Assembly (NCBI GenBank): GCA_903930225.1
Contig: CAIYXV010000112.1
Coordinates: 1 to 50,789 of the forward strand
Source of the DNA: an uncultured bacterium
GTDB lineage: Bacteria; Margulisbacteria; WOR-1; XYC2-FULL-46-14; WPAF01
DNA: 50,789 nt
Direction: 5' to 3'
The position numbers and the translations under genes were made by a program. Of the stretch, positions 28,942 to 38,261 are shown one piece after another (the stretch's first letter is position 1; every line of letters begins with the position of its first letter). The notes below the pieces were generated by a model. That model searched no databases. It saw only the letters and a program-made list of their open reading frames with translations, and was not told the origin of the DNA.

Positions 28942-30036
28942 CTACTTCTGCGCCGGTCTTTCCTCGAGCCGGCCGGACAGCGCATAGTTCTTTCCTTCGC
29001 GGTAGATGATCAGGCTGATCGCGTCACCCGGCTTCATCTTCTGGATCAGCTTCAGCGCTTCCTCGCTTTTCCTGACCGCGAGACCGTTTATTTCTTTAAT
29101 GATATCATATTTTTGAACGCCCATTTTCTGCGCCGGGCTTTCGTCCACTATGTCTATTACCACGATCCCGTCCGCGACCGGCAGTTTCAGGTAAGCGGCG
29201 ATCTTTTCGTCGACATCCCTCATGTATATTCCCAGCCACGGACGGACCACTTTTCCCTTCGTGACCAGATCGTCCTTGATCTCTTTTGCTTCGTTTATTG
29301 GGATAGCGAAACCGATCCCCTGCGCCTGCGCCACGATCGCCACATTTATTCCGATGACCTCGCCGTTGATATTGATCAGCGGGCCGCCTGAATTGCCGGG
29401 ATTGATGGCGGCATCGGTCTGGATCAGGTCCTTTTTCCCTAGTTCCCCCAGAGTCCTTCCGGTCGCCGAAATAATGCCGGCGGTGACGGTATTGCTGAAG
29501 CCGTAAGGATTCCCGATCGCGATGGCCAGTTCGCCGGGCCGGGCCTTGCTTGAATCTCCAAGCGATATGGTCGGAAGGTCGTGGGCGTTGATCTTTACGA
29601 TCGCGAGGTCCAGAGTATTGTCGGAACCGATCACCTTGCCGTCAAATGATCTTCCATCCTTAAGCGTTACCCGGATCTTGTCCGCCCCGCGGACCACGTG
29701 TTCATTTGTGAATATGAGGCCGTCCTGATTAATGATAAAGCCGGAACCGGCTCCTCTGATCGGCACGGCGTGGTCCTCAAAAAAGTTCCTGAAATCGGGA
29801 TCGAGGTCAAAGCCGAAACCAAAGTCCTTGAACGGATTAAAAACGCTGGTCTGCTGTACCTTGATGACATCGATGTTGACGACCGCCGGGCCGACCTTTT
29901 CTACAATGTCCGCGATCAGGTTCGGGTTGCCGGCGCCGGTAAGCGCGGGAACAAACGCATGGGAGATCGGGGCAAAAATGAACAAAAAGGCGGACAGCAG
30001 TAAATATAATGTACTTTTCCTGATAAAGTTGTTCAT
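28942..30036 (-). CDS. HtrA/Deg serine protease with one PDZ domain
   Basis: Signal peptide, GSGFII, TNEHVV, DLAIVK and QTDAAINPGNSGGPL; single PDZ. Confidence 0.95.
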   Translation of the reverse strand: MNNFIRKSTLYLLLSAFLFIFAPISHAFVPALTGAGNPNLIADIVEKVGPAVVNIDVIKVQQTSVFNPFKDFGFGFDLDPDFRNFFEDHAVPIRGAGSGFIINQDGLIFTNEHVVRGADKIRVTLKDGRSFDGKVIGSDNTLDLAIVKINAHDLPTISLGDSSKARPGELAIAIGNPYGFSNTVTAGIISATGRTLGELGKKDLIQTDAAINPGNSGGPLININGEVIGINVAIVAQAQGIGFAIPINEAKEIKDDLVTKGKVVRPWLGIYMRDVDEKIAAYLKLPVADGIVVIDIVDESPAQKMGVQKYDIIKEINGLAVRKSEEALKLIQKMKPGDAISLIIYREGKNYALSGRLEERPAQK

Positions 30037-30084
30037 ATAACTGTTTGCCTCCTTTTGGGATTTGATGCGGTAGAAATTTGAAGA

Positions 30085-30113
30085 ATTATACCAAAAGCAG
30101 AGGGGCGTGTCAA
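30085..30113 (-). promoter_or_regulatory. Perfect-consensus sigma70 promoter for htrA-guaB-guaA
   Basis: TTGACA-N17-TATAAT with an extended TG on the minus strand. Confidence 0.8.
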
Positions 30114-30120
30114 AACCGGC

Positions 30121-30435
30121 TCACGATTTTTTCTTGCCGGCATTCCCGGGCAATTTGGGTTTGGCGTGATGTTTTGAGGCATAGGTTTTAGCGGTATGCA
30201 TCATTTTTTCGAATTCCTTTATGACCGGTTCGGGCACCCAGACCTCTCCGCATTGCTGGCAGACATGGGCGATAACGTTTTCCATCAGGTACAGTTTGCC
30301 GTTCTCGAACTCTTCGAGGTTAACTTTGTCTACCACCAGCTCGCCGCCGCAGGCCTGGCAGGCCTCCTCGGCCGATTCGAACGAATCTTCCGTCTGATCT
30401 TCGATGGGGTCTTTTTTCTTTTTATTTCCGTTCAA
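30121..30435 (-). CDS. YgiT/MqsA-type zinc finger protein
   Basis: CQACGG...ENVIAHVCQQCGE; TTG start 8 nt after a TATAAT box. Confidence 0.75.
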   Translation of the reverse strand: MNGNKKKKDPIEDQTEDSFESAEEACQACGGELVVDKVNLEEFENGKLYLMENVIAHVCQQCGEVWVPEPVIKEFEKMMHTAKTYASKHHAKPKLPGNAGKKKS

Positions 30436-30443
30436 GATGAGCC

Positions 30444-30472
30444 ATTATATATCCCAAAAAAAGTCTTGACAA
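30444..30472 (-). promoter_or_regulatory. Sigma70-type promoter for the zinc finger gene
   Basis: TTGTCA-N17-TATAAT on the minus strand. Confidence 0.55.
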
Positions 30473-30493
30473 GTAAATACTTGATGTTAAACT
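30466..30493 (+). promoter_or_regulatory. Sigma70-type promoter for the OMP-like/VWA gene pair
   Basis: TTGACA-N16-TAAACT with TG extension; AGGAGG Shine-Dalgarno follows. Confidence 0.55.
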
Positions 30494-30515
30494 ATCCATA
30501 ATACCAGGAGGTGCA

Positions 30516-31202
30516 TTGATGAGGAAAACATTTGTCCTGCTTCTTTTATCCGCGTTCTTATTTTCTTTGATAGCCCCTTCACTAGCCGCGAACCCTGCAG
30601 ATAATAAGGCTCAAATAGCTAAACTCCAGAGCGAAGTTTCAAAGCTCGAAGCTACCCTTGCCACTACCAAGAGCAAGGTTCAGAAAGCCAGACTGCAGAG
30701 CACGATTGCCGGTCACAAAAAGGTGATCGCCGAGCTTCAGCGGGCAGCCGCGCGGCAATCATCCACGCAAACCATGACCGTCCAAAGACCGGCTCCGGTC
30801 CAGGCCGCGCCGGTGGAAGCGGCTCCCGCACAGCCTAAAATATTCGCGTTAAAAGGCGGATTGGCGGGTGGCGCGGGATTGATCGCGGCGGATTTCATGA
30901 TGCCGGTTGGGCCGATGTATCTGGGCGGCGAAGCCGGATATGCGGTCGGCAACAACTTCGGGATCATTGATGCCGGGATCAAAGGTGTCTTTGATTTTGG
31001 CGGACCGTTCGTCGGGCTCGAAGTCAGCTACGGCGGGTACAGCAAGAAGGTCCAGGATGTCCCTGGTCTTTCAGGTATTATTGACAGCGGCGTCGGCGTG
31101 GGCCTTTTGGCCGGAACGGCGATGGGGCCGCTGGCGGTTACGGTCGGATATGATACCAAGCTGGGCGCTAGGGCTGATGCCGGTTACCGGATCCTGTTAT
31201 AA
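30516..31202 (+). CDS. Secreted protein: coiled coil, Pro/Ala linker and small Gly-rich beta-barrel-like C-domain
   Basis: Signal peptide ending SLA-A, heptad region aa 28-80, alternating beta strands at the C-terminus. Confidence 0.6.
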   Translation: MMRKTFVLLLLSAFLFSLIAPSLAANPADNKAQIAKLQSEVSKLEATLATTKSKVQKARLQSTIAGHKKVIAELQRAAARQSSTQTMTVQRPAPVQAAPVEAAPAQPKIFALKGGLAGGAGLIAADFMMPVGPMYLGGEAGYAVGNNFGIIDAGIKGVFDFGGPFVGLEVSYGGYSKKVQDVPGLSGIIDSGVGVGLLAGTAMGPLAVTVGYDTKLGARADAGYRILL

Positions 31203-31214
31203 GGAGGGGGTAAA

Positions 31215-32348
31215 ATGAGTAAAAAGTTATTGGTTTTATTATTGGTAGCGGCCGTTGGTTTTACCTTCTTTGGCTGCGCCAAAGTTGCGGAAACCACGCA
31301 ATCAGGGGGCGGTGGCGGTGGGACTAATGTCACCAATGTTACCGGAACACCTCCTGTCGGGACCACACAGGTAAGATTATCGGCCGGAAACGTTGCGGCT
31401 AATGGTAACAACCTGGCTTTCACTATGTCCGCGCTTAATCAAAACGGGACAGCGTTAACCGGAATGGGCGGAGGAAACTTCACGGGTGCAGTTTATGGTG
31501 CCAATCCTTCCATTTCAAGTGTTACGTCGACTACCACTTTAACGGCGGTTTCTTCTTTGACCGTAACCGTAGTTAATTTCGGCGGTACAGCAGTTTCTGC
31601 CGCGATGGTGATGGACAAGAGCGGAAGTATGTTTGGGGATAAATTAGTTTCTGCAGAGATCGCGGGAAAGTTGTTCGTTGACCAGATGGCGACCGATCCG
31701 AACAATAAAACCGCGGTGGTATGTTTTGACGATCATGTTGCGGTTGAAGCCGCAATGATGAACGCCGCGGCCAACAAACAGACCCTATATAATGCTGTAA
31801 CCAAGGAAGCCGGATACGGCGGATCGACCGCATTGTATTATGGTATCGCCAACGGCATCTGGGAAGCATCAAAAGAAGCTGCGTCCGCCAGCAGAGTAAG
31901 GGCAGTTGTTGCTATGACCGACGGCGGGGAAAATGCGAGCCCAGCCCCATATAATGGGACAGATACCGGAACGGTTGAAGTTGTAAACCAGGCGATAAAA
32001 GCAAGTATCCCGGTTTATACGATCGGTTTATTCCTGGATTCCGGGGAAGCATCGTCTTATGCCCCTTATCTTAGGAGCATTGCTAAGGAGACCACCGGTT
32101 CAGCTGATAACTATTTTGAAGTTGTTATTGGTGTTACCGGTCTGTCTGTATCGGCCCAGAGGATCAAAGCGCTGGGAGTATTGTCGGATCTGTATACCAA
32201 GCTGGCAGGTGCGTTCAGCCAGTCGTATACATTCACTTGCACTACTTCTTCAACGCTTCCTCCAGGCACGTATTGGCTGATGTTGACCCTTCAAAATTAC
32301 GGGTCGTTCAGCGGCCAGACAGTCGTCGTTCAGTTCGTTATCTCATAG
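31215..32348 (+). CDS. VWA-domain lipoprotein
   Basis: Lipobox FFGC, MIDAS DKSGSM, GSTALY, MTDG and IPVYTIGL. Confidence 0.88.
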   Translation: MSKKLLVLLLVAAVGFTFFGCAKVAETTQSGGGGGGTNVTNVTGTPPVGTTQVRLSAGNVAANGNNLAFTMSALNQNGTALTGMGGGNFTGAVYGANPSISSVTSTTTLTAVSSLTVTVVNFGGTAVSAAMVMDKSGSMFGDKLVSAEIAGKLFVDQMATDPNNKTAVVCFDDHVAVEAAMMNAAANKQTLYNAVTKEAGYGGSTALYYGIANGIWEASKEAASASRVRAVVAMTDGGENASPAPYNGTDTGTVEVVNQAIKASIPVYTIGLFLDSGEASSYAPYLRSIAKETTGSADNYFEVVIGVTGLSVSAQRIKALGVLSDLYTKLAGAFSQSYTFTCTTSSTLPPGTYWLMLTLQNYGSFSGQTVVVQFVIS

Positions 32349-32368
32349 TTTAGCGATACTGGTTCTTA

Positions 32369-32408
32369 AAGCGGGGTCCCGATCGATCGGGACCCCGCTT
32401 ATTTGTTT
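32369..32408 (+). terminator. Intrinsic terminator built on a perfect 32-bp palindrome
   Basis: AAGCGGGGTCCCGATC-GATCGGGACCCCGCTT followed by ATTTGTTT, just after the VWA stop. Confidence 0.75.
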
Positions 32409-32423
32409 GCGGGGAGAGAAGCA

Positions 32424-32586
32424 GCCCTCACCCGCGTCTTATCAAGCAGGTCATCTTGTTCCTTGCCTCCCTCTCCCAAAGGGCGAGGGGCGGGCCGATT
32501 AATTGTAACTATATCAACCACCCCTTCTCCCCCTGGGAGAAGGGGAATGAGATAAAGTATTTGCTCGAGTAGACGTGGATGAGGGC
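32424..32586. repeat. Inverted pair of CCCTCACCC/CCCTCTCCC-GGGAGAGGG-type REP-like units
   Basis: Ends GCCCTCACCCGCGTCT and AGACGTGGATGAGGGC are imperfect inverted repeats; internal hairpins CCCTCTCCCAAAGGGCGAGGG and CCCCTTCTCCCCCTGGGAGAAGGGG. Confidence 0.7.
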
Positions 32587-32614
32587 ATTTAGTATATTCG
32601 CGGGTTAGGGGTCT

Positions 32615-32643
32615 TTGACGCTCTTGAACTTTTGTGTTAAAAT
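32615..32643 (+). promoter_or_regulatory. Sigma70-type promoter for glyA-ftsEX-surA
   Basis: TTGACG-N17-TAAAAT with TG extension. Confidence 0.6.
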
Positions 32644-32681
32644 ATAAACATATTTATTTTATAATGTAAGGAGAAGATCCG

Positions 32682-33932
32682 ATGCATTTTGATCTGGAAC
32701 ATGTTCGTAAGATTGACCCCGATATTGCCAAGATAATGGACCTTGAGTTCGAACGCCAGCAAACCCACCTTGAACTTATCGCTTCAGAAAATTTTACTTC
32801 ACGCGCCGTGATGGAAGCCGCCGGATCGGTATTGACCAACAAATATGCCGAAGGTTATCCGGGAAAAAGATATTACGGCGGCTGCCAGTATGTCGATATG
32901 GTCGAGGACCTCGCCCGCGAAAGAGCCAAAAAGCTGTTCAATGCCGATCATGCCAATGTTCAGCCTCATTCAGGTTCCCAGGCCAACATGGCGGTTTACC
33001 TTGCCTGTCTTAATTACGGCGACACGGTCATGGGCCTGAACCTTTCCCACGGAGGACATTTAACCCACGGTTCGCCGGTCAATATTTCCGGAATATATTT
33101 TAAGTTCGTTTCGTACGGCGTAAGACAAGATACCGAAGTGATCGATTATGATGAACTCAGGAAGCAGGCGCTTGAAGTAAAACCGAAGATGATAGTTACC
33201 GGCGCGACCGCGTATCCCAGAACCCTGGATTTTATTAAATTCAGGCAGATCGCCGATGAAGTCGGCGCCGTGCTTATGGTCGACATTGCCCATATTGCCG
33301 GTCTGGTGATCGCCGGGGTCCATCCTTCACCGGTACCGCATTCGCAGGTCGTGACCACCACGACGCACAAAACGATCCGCGGGCCCCGCGGCGGAATGAT
33401 AATGTGCCGGCAGGATTACGCGCAAAAAATAGACAAGGCGGTATTCCCCGGCCTGCAGGGCGGCCCGCTCATGCACATTATCTCGGCCAAAGCGGTCGCC
33501 TTAAAAGAGGCCGCAACACCCGAATTCAAAAAATATCAGGAGCAGATCGTTAAGAACGCCAAAGCATTGGCCCAGGCCCTGATCGATAACGGATTCCGCC
33601 TGGTTTCCGGAGGCACCGACACGCATCTGATGCTGGTCGATCTAAGGAGCAAAAAGATCAACGGCAAAGACGCAGAAAAGTTGCTGGACGAAGTAGGCGT
33701 AACGATCAATAAAAATACCATTCCGTATGATCCGGAAAAGCCGTTCATTACTTCCGGCATCAGGGTAGGGACGCCCGCGGTCACATCGCGGGGAATGAAA
33801 GAAGCGGAAATGAAGATCATTGCCGAATTCATCACGCGCGCGATAGATAATAAAGACAATGATCCCAAAAAGAAGGAGATCCGCGAGGAAGTCAGGAAGC
33901 TTTGCCTTCGATTCCCCCTCTATAAAGAATGA
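32682..33932 (+). CDS. glyA: Serine hydroxymethyltransferase
   Basis: [22 protein letters not shown] and [14 protein letters not shown]. Confidence 0.98.
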   Translation: MHFDLEHVRKIDPDIAKIMDLEFERQQTHLELIASENFTSRAVMEAAGSVLTNKYAEGYPGKRYYGGCQYVDMVEDLARERAKKLFNADHANVQPHSGSQANMAVYLACLNYGDTVMGLNLSHGGHLTHGSPVNISGIYFKFVSYGVRQDTEVIDYDELRKQALEVKPKMIVTGATAYPRTLDFIKFRQIADEVGAVLMVDIAHIAGLVIAGVHPSPVPHSQVVTTTTHKTIRGPRGGMIMCRQDYAQKIDKAVFPGLQGGPLMHIISAKAVALKEAATPEFKKYQEQIVKNAKALAQALIDNGFRLVSGGTDTHLMLVDLRSKKINGKDAEKLLDEVGVTINKNTIPYDPEKPFITSGIRVGTPAVTSRGMKEAEMKIIAEFITRAIDNKDNDPKKKEIREEVRKLCLRFPLYKE

Positions 33933-34612
33933 TAGAACTTAAGCACGTATCAAAATTATATACCAACGGCGTCGAAGCTCTGCTGGATATAAATCTTCAT
34001 ATCGGGAAAGAAGAATTTGTGTTCATCGTGGGTCCGTCCGGCGCGGGAAAGACAACCCTGATGAAGATGCTCTACCGAGAAGAAGTGCCGAGCAGCGGAC
34101 AGGTGATCGTCGATCGCGTCAATGTGACCGAGCTGACTCCCGATCAGGTTCCATACTTAAGAAGGAATATCGGGGTTGTTTTTCAGGATTACAAGCTTCT
34201 TCCCAGAAGAACGGTTTATGAGAACGTCGCTTTTGCCTTGCAGGTGACCGGGGCGGCGCGCTCGCAGATCCGGAGGCATACCATGCAGGCGCTGGAGCTG
34301 GTGGGTATGCTTAAACGAGCGAGTTCCTTCCCGGAGGAGCTTTCAGGCGGGGAGAAGCAAAGGGTATGCATCGCCCGGGCGATCGTGAATAATCCGCCGC
34401 TTTTGCTTGCCGATGAGCCGACCGGCAACCTCGATCCGCAGACGACTTTTGAGATCATGGAGCTTTTAGACAAGATCAACCGCCGCAGTACTACCCTGAT
34501 CACCGCCACCCACAATAAGAACATCGTCGACATGATGAAGCGGCGGGTGGTCCAGCTGGAAGCGGGAAGGGTGATCAGGGACCAGCAACTGGGGACATAC
34601 AGCAGCTCATGA
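33929..34612 (+). CDS. ftsE: Cell division ATP-binding protein
   Basis: [29 protein letters not shown] and [10 protein letters not shown]; followed by ftsX. Confidence 0.95.
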   Translation: MIELKHVSKLYTNGVEALLDINLHIGKEEFVFIVGPSGAGKTTLMKMLYREEVPSSGQVIVDRVNVTELTPDQVPYLRRNIGVVFQDYKLLPRRTVYENVAFALQVTGAARSQIRRHTMQALELVGMLKRASSFPEELSGGEKQRVCIARAIVNNPPLLLADEPTGNLDPQTTFEIMELLDKINRRSTTLITATHNKNIVDMMKRRVVQLEAGRVIRDQQLGTYSSS

Positions 34613-35502
34613 GCGTATTATCAAATCTCGAATTTTTTGTGGTCGAAGCCCTGCGCAGCATCCGCCGTTCCGGCCTGATGAGCATTGTTGCTATCGGTAT
34701 CGTCATTATCTCGCTCACGATCTTCGGAATGTTTCTGCTTTTTATGGCTAATCTGGGCAATATAGTGGCTTTTATGGGTTCGCGGCTCGATATTGTGGCA
34801 TATGTCGATAAGGATCTGACCGCTGATGCCGCCCAGGTGCTGCAGACCTCGATCTCGCAGATCGGCGGGGTTGATACCGTGGTCTATGTTCCGAAAGAGG
34901 AAGCCTGGAAGAATTTCCGGGAAGAATTCGGAGCCAAGCTTGATCTGCGCGAAGTGATGGACGAGAACCCTCTGCCCAATTCCTTTTCGATCAAAGTGAC
35001 GTCCCCGGATGTTTTGCCAAAAGTGGCGGAATCGGTCGCCAATTTCGCCGATGTCAGCGAGGTCCGCTACAGCGGAAAGCTGATCAAGCAGATCCAGACC
35101 ATGGTGGATGCGGTCAGGCTTGGCGGTTTACTGCTTTCAGTCCTTTTATTCTTCGCGACATTATTGATCGTCGTCAATACTATAAGGTTAACGGTGCTGG
35201 CGCGGGAAACGGATATTTACATCATGCGGCTGGTAGGCGCGACCAAATCCTTTATCCGCTGGCCGTTCGTGATCGAAGGCGTTCTGATGGGGATAATGGG
35301 CGGAGCTTTCGGCATCATGATCCTGAAGTTTTCCTATGAATCGGTGCTGGCCAGGATAAAGGACGCGCTGCCTTTTTTACCGGTGGTATCCGATCCGAAC
35401 GTCTTGACCCTGATCTATTTGAGCGTGGGAATAACCGGCGTGCTTTTAGGCATGCTGGGAGGATATATTTCGGTATCAAGAATTCTGAAAGAAAAGGGGT
35501 AA
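34609..35502 (+). CDS. ftsX: Cell division permease
   Basis: NPLPNS, NTIRL and IMRLVGAT..FIRWPF..EG. Confidence 0.95.
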   Translation: MSVLSNLEFFVVEALRSIRRSGLMSIVAIGIVIISLTIFGMFLLFMANLGNIVAFMGSRLDIVAYVDKDLTADAAQVLQTSISQIGGVDTVVYVPKEEAWKNFREEFGAKLDLREVMDENPLPNSFSIKVTSPDVLPKVAESVANFADVSEVRYSGKLIKQIQTMVDAVRLGGLLLSVLLFFATLLIVVNTIRLTVLARETDIYIMRLVGATKSFIRWPFVIEGVLMGIMGGAFGIMILKFSYESVLARIKDALPFLPVVSDPNVLTLIYLSVGITGVLLGMLGGYISVSRILKEKG

Positions 35503-35506
35503 TAAT

Positions 35507-36880
35507 ATGCTGACATGGCTTAGAAAACATACTAAAACAATAATGATCGCGGTCGCCGTGCTGTTTGCGATATCAATGTTCTACGGACTGGGCTACCGGG
35601 GCGTAAAGAATATCGGAAAAGAAAATACCGGTTTTATCAAGGTAAATGGAAAAGAGATCAGCCCCCGGCTCTATGCCAATATTTTCCAGAAAATGCGTGA
35701 GAACGCGCCCGAACGGTTAAAACCCGCGGAATCGATCGCTTTGCAGGCGCAGGCGCTTCAACAGACGATCGATTTTGCGATTATGCTTGAGGATGCCCAG
35801 AAGAACGTCGGGATTTCGGGCGGGGAGCTCAATCAGGCGATCGATGAGATCGTAAAACAGCAAAAATATACCTCTGTCGACCAGTTCAAGGCTGCGCTGG
35901 AAAGGACCGGATACGATTGGAACGACTTTAAACGCATGCTCAAGGATGACATGACCGTTCAGAAAATGGTACGTAAGGTCAGGGACGGCGTTTCGGTCTC
36001 TCCTAATGATCTGAGGGAGATCAAGGTAAGGCATATTCTTATCAGGATTGTTGCCGGCAAAGAGGATGAGGCCAAAAAACTGGCCGACAGCCTGCTGGAA
36101 AGGATTCGGAAAGGTGAGGATTTTGCCGCGCTGGCCAAAAAGTATTCCGAAGATCCGGGTTCGAAGAACTCCGGCGGATTGATCGATTTCTTCTCAGCCG
36201 GCGCGATGGTAAAGCCGTTTGAGGACCTGGCTTTTTCCCTGAAGGTCGGGGAAGTGGGCGGACCGGTAAAGACCGATTACGGGTATCACATCATCAAACT
36301 GGAAGACGCGAGGCTTAGGAAGATAAAGGGCGAGGCCGATCCGGAAAAAGCGATATTGAAGCAAAAGCAGGAGCGGGCTTACATGGAATGGATGTATAGC
36401 ATAAAACAGAATGCTAAAGTTGAGATCCTTGATCCTTCGCTTAGAGCGCTCGACCTCCGATTTAGGGGCAGGATCGGCGACGCGGTCGCGGAATACCAGA
36501 AAGCGATCGTCCAGCATCCCGAGAATGCTTACCTGCACCTGGCGCTTGGCCAACTCTACGAGGAAGCGCAGAAGATCGATCTGGCGATCTATGAATACAA
36601 GCAAGCGATCCTGCGCGAAGCCGGAGACCCGACGCTGTATATCACGCTGGGCGACGCTTATCGCAAGAGCGGACAAAAGGATCCGGCGGTGGAACAGTAC
36701 AAAAAAGCTTCTATTATTGCCGGAGACGATAAAAAAACGCACGAGGAGCTTAGCAAAATATTCAATCAGATCAAGCAGCCCGCGCTGTCCCTTCAGGAGT
36801 TGAAGGAGATCTCCCGCGTTGAAAAGAAGGAAGCTTTCGAAAAAAGCCTGAAAGAAAAAGCCAAGGTCAAGACAGAATAG
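35507..36880 (+). CDS. SurA/PrsA/PpiD-like parvulin peptidyl-prolyl isomerase with TPR repeats
   Basis: N-terminal anchor, SurA_N-like region, VRHILI...FAALAKKYSED...YGYHII and TPR-like C-terminus. Confidence 0.88.
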   Translation: MLTWLRKHTKTIMIAVAVLFAISMFYGLGYRGVKNIGKENTGFIKVNGKEISPRLYANIFQKMRENAPERLKPAESIALQAQALQQTIDFAIMLEDAQKNVGISGGELNQAIDEIVKQQKYTSVDQFKAALERTGYDWNDFKRMLKDDMTVQKMVRKVRDGVSVSPNDLREIKVRHILIRIVAGKEDEAKKLADSLLERIRKGEDFAALAKKYSEDPGSKNSGGLIDFFSAGAMVKPFEDLAFSLKVGEVGGPVKTDYGYHIIKLEDARLRKIKGEADPEKAILKQKQERAYMEWMYSIKQNAKVEILDPSLRALDLRFRGRIGDAVAEYQKAIVQHPENAYLHLALGQLYEEAQKIDLAIYEYKQAILREAGDPTLYITLGDAYRKSGQKDPAVEQYKKASIIAGDDKKTHEELSKIFNQIKQPALSLQELKEISRVEKKEAFEKSLKEKAKVKTE

Positions 36881-38261
36881 CTTTTTGGCCTACCTCAAGC
36901 AGCTGTTCCACCCGGTCAAACGATGCTCCTTCAGCGTAGATCCGGAGCAGGGGTTCGGTCCCGGAAAGTCGGAACAATATCCATGAGGAATCTTCGAAAT
37001 TCAATTTGATCCCGTCAAGCGTTTCGATATTTGTGATCTTGCTCCCGGCAAACGATCCCATTTTATTGAGCTCTTTCATTTTGGGGAGGGCGGTTTCCCG
37101 CTCCACGTGCAGGTCGATCCGGTCGTAATAATAATGGCCGAGCTCATCCATAATGCCGTCGAGGAGCTGTTTTAAGGTCTTTTTTTCGTAGGCCATCAGC
37201 TCCAGCAGGAGCAGGGCGCACAAGCTTCCGTCGCGCTCGGGAATATTGCCCAGCACTCCGATCCCTCCGCTTTCTTCCCCGCCGATCAGCACTTTTTCGT
37301 TGATCATTTTATCGGCGATGTGCTTGAAGCCGATCGGCACCTCATCGATCGGCAGTCCGTATTTTTTCGCCTGTTTTTCGACCAGCCGGGAAATATTGAA
37401 GGTCTTGACCACTTTCCCGCTCATTTTACGGTTCTCGACCAGATGCTTCAATATCAATGAAAAAGCATAATGTGAGGTTATGAATGTCCCGGTCGGATCG
37501 ACCGCGCCGATCCGGTCCGCGTCGCCGTCGATCGCGATCCCGACCGATAGCTCCGGCATGCTTTTCATATATGACATGAGCTCTTCAAGGTTGGGGAGGA
37601 TCGGCTCCGGGTTCACCCCGCCGAACAGGGGATCCCGATTGCCGTTGATCTCTTCAAGATCGATCAATTCCTTTAAATATCCGGATCCGCTGCCGTGCAT
37701 TGGGTCCAGCACCGCGTTTATACCGGCTTTTTTTATCTTTTCAAGATCAACAAACGAAGCGATGTGCTTTAGGTATTCGGGTTTAGGGTCAAATACTTCG
37801 ATTTTAACCGCGAATTTATTCGCAGGTTGAGGAACGTGACCGGAAGCCGAGAATAAATTCTCGCTTAAAATTTTCTCAACCGCCTTGGTCACCTCCGGTC
37901 GGGACGATCCGCCGAAATTCTCTTTTATCTTGAAACCGTTCCATTCCGGCGGGTTATGGCTGGCCGTGATCATGATGCCAGCGCCCAAACCGTGCGATTT
38001 GACAAAATAAGAAAGAGCGGGCGAGGGGAGCGATATTTTTGATAAATATGTCTTGATCCCGGCGGCGGCGCATACTTCGGCCGCGCAGGCGGCGAAATCC
38101 TCGGATTGAAAACGATTATCAAACCCGACCGCAACTCCGTCCTTGGCCAGGCCGCTTTTTTTCAGGTATAAAATGAAGGCGGCGGTGACCAGCCGAATAT
38201 TGTTAAAAGTAAAATCATCCGCGATCCTGGCCCTCCAGCCGTCTGTTCCGAACTTTATCAT
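36867..38261 (-). CDS. Phosphoglucomutase/phosphomannomutase family protein
   Basis: FGTDGWR, TASHNP, DGDADR, GEESGG and RLSGTEP. Confidence 0.95.
   Translation of the reverse strand: MIKFGTDGWRARIADDFTFNNIRLVTAAFILYLKKSGLAKDGVAVGFDNRFQSEDFAACAAEVCAAAGIKTYLSKISLPSPALSYFVKSHGLGAGIMITASHNPPEWNGFKIKENFGGSSRPEVTKAVEKILSENLFSASGHVPQPANKFAVKIEVFDPKPEYLKHIASFVDLEKIKKAGINAVLDPMHGSGSGYLKELIDLEEINGNRDPLFGGVNPEPILPNLEELMSYMKSMPELSVGIAIDGDADRIGAVDPTGTFITSHYAFSLILKHLVENRKMSGKVVKTFNISRLVEKQAKKYGLPIDEVPIGFKHIADKMINEKVLIGGEESGGIGVLGNIPERDGSLCALLLLELMAYEKKTLKQLLDGIMDELGHYYYDRIDLHVERETALPKMKELNKMGSFAGSKITNIETLDGIKLNFEDSSWILFRLSGTEPLLRIYAEGASFDRVEQLLEVGQKAILS

Noticed and set aside
28390-29391. 333-aa plus-strand ORF and other long antisense ORFs (e.g. 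10335-11057, 26937-27638, 38261-38932)
   Set aside because: They lie antisense to well-supported genes and show no motifs; shadow ORFs.
32400-32680. ZTP or glycine riboswitch upstream of glyA
   Set aside because: No recognisable aptamer consensus, and the structured region lies upstream of the predicted promoter, so it would not be in the leader.
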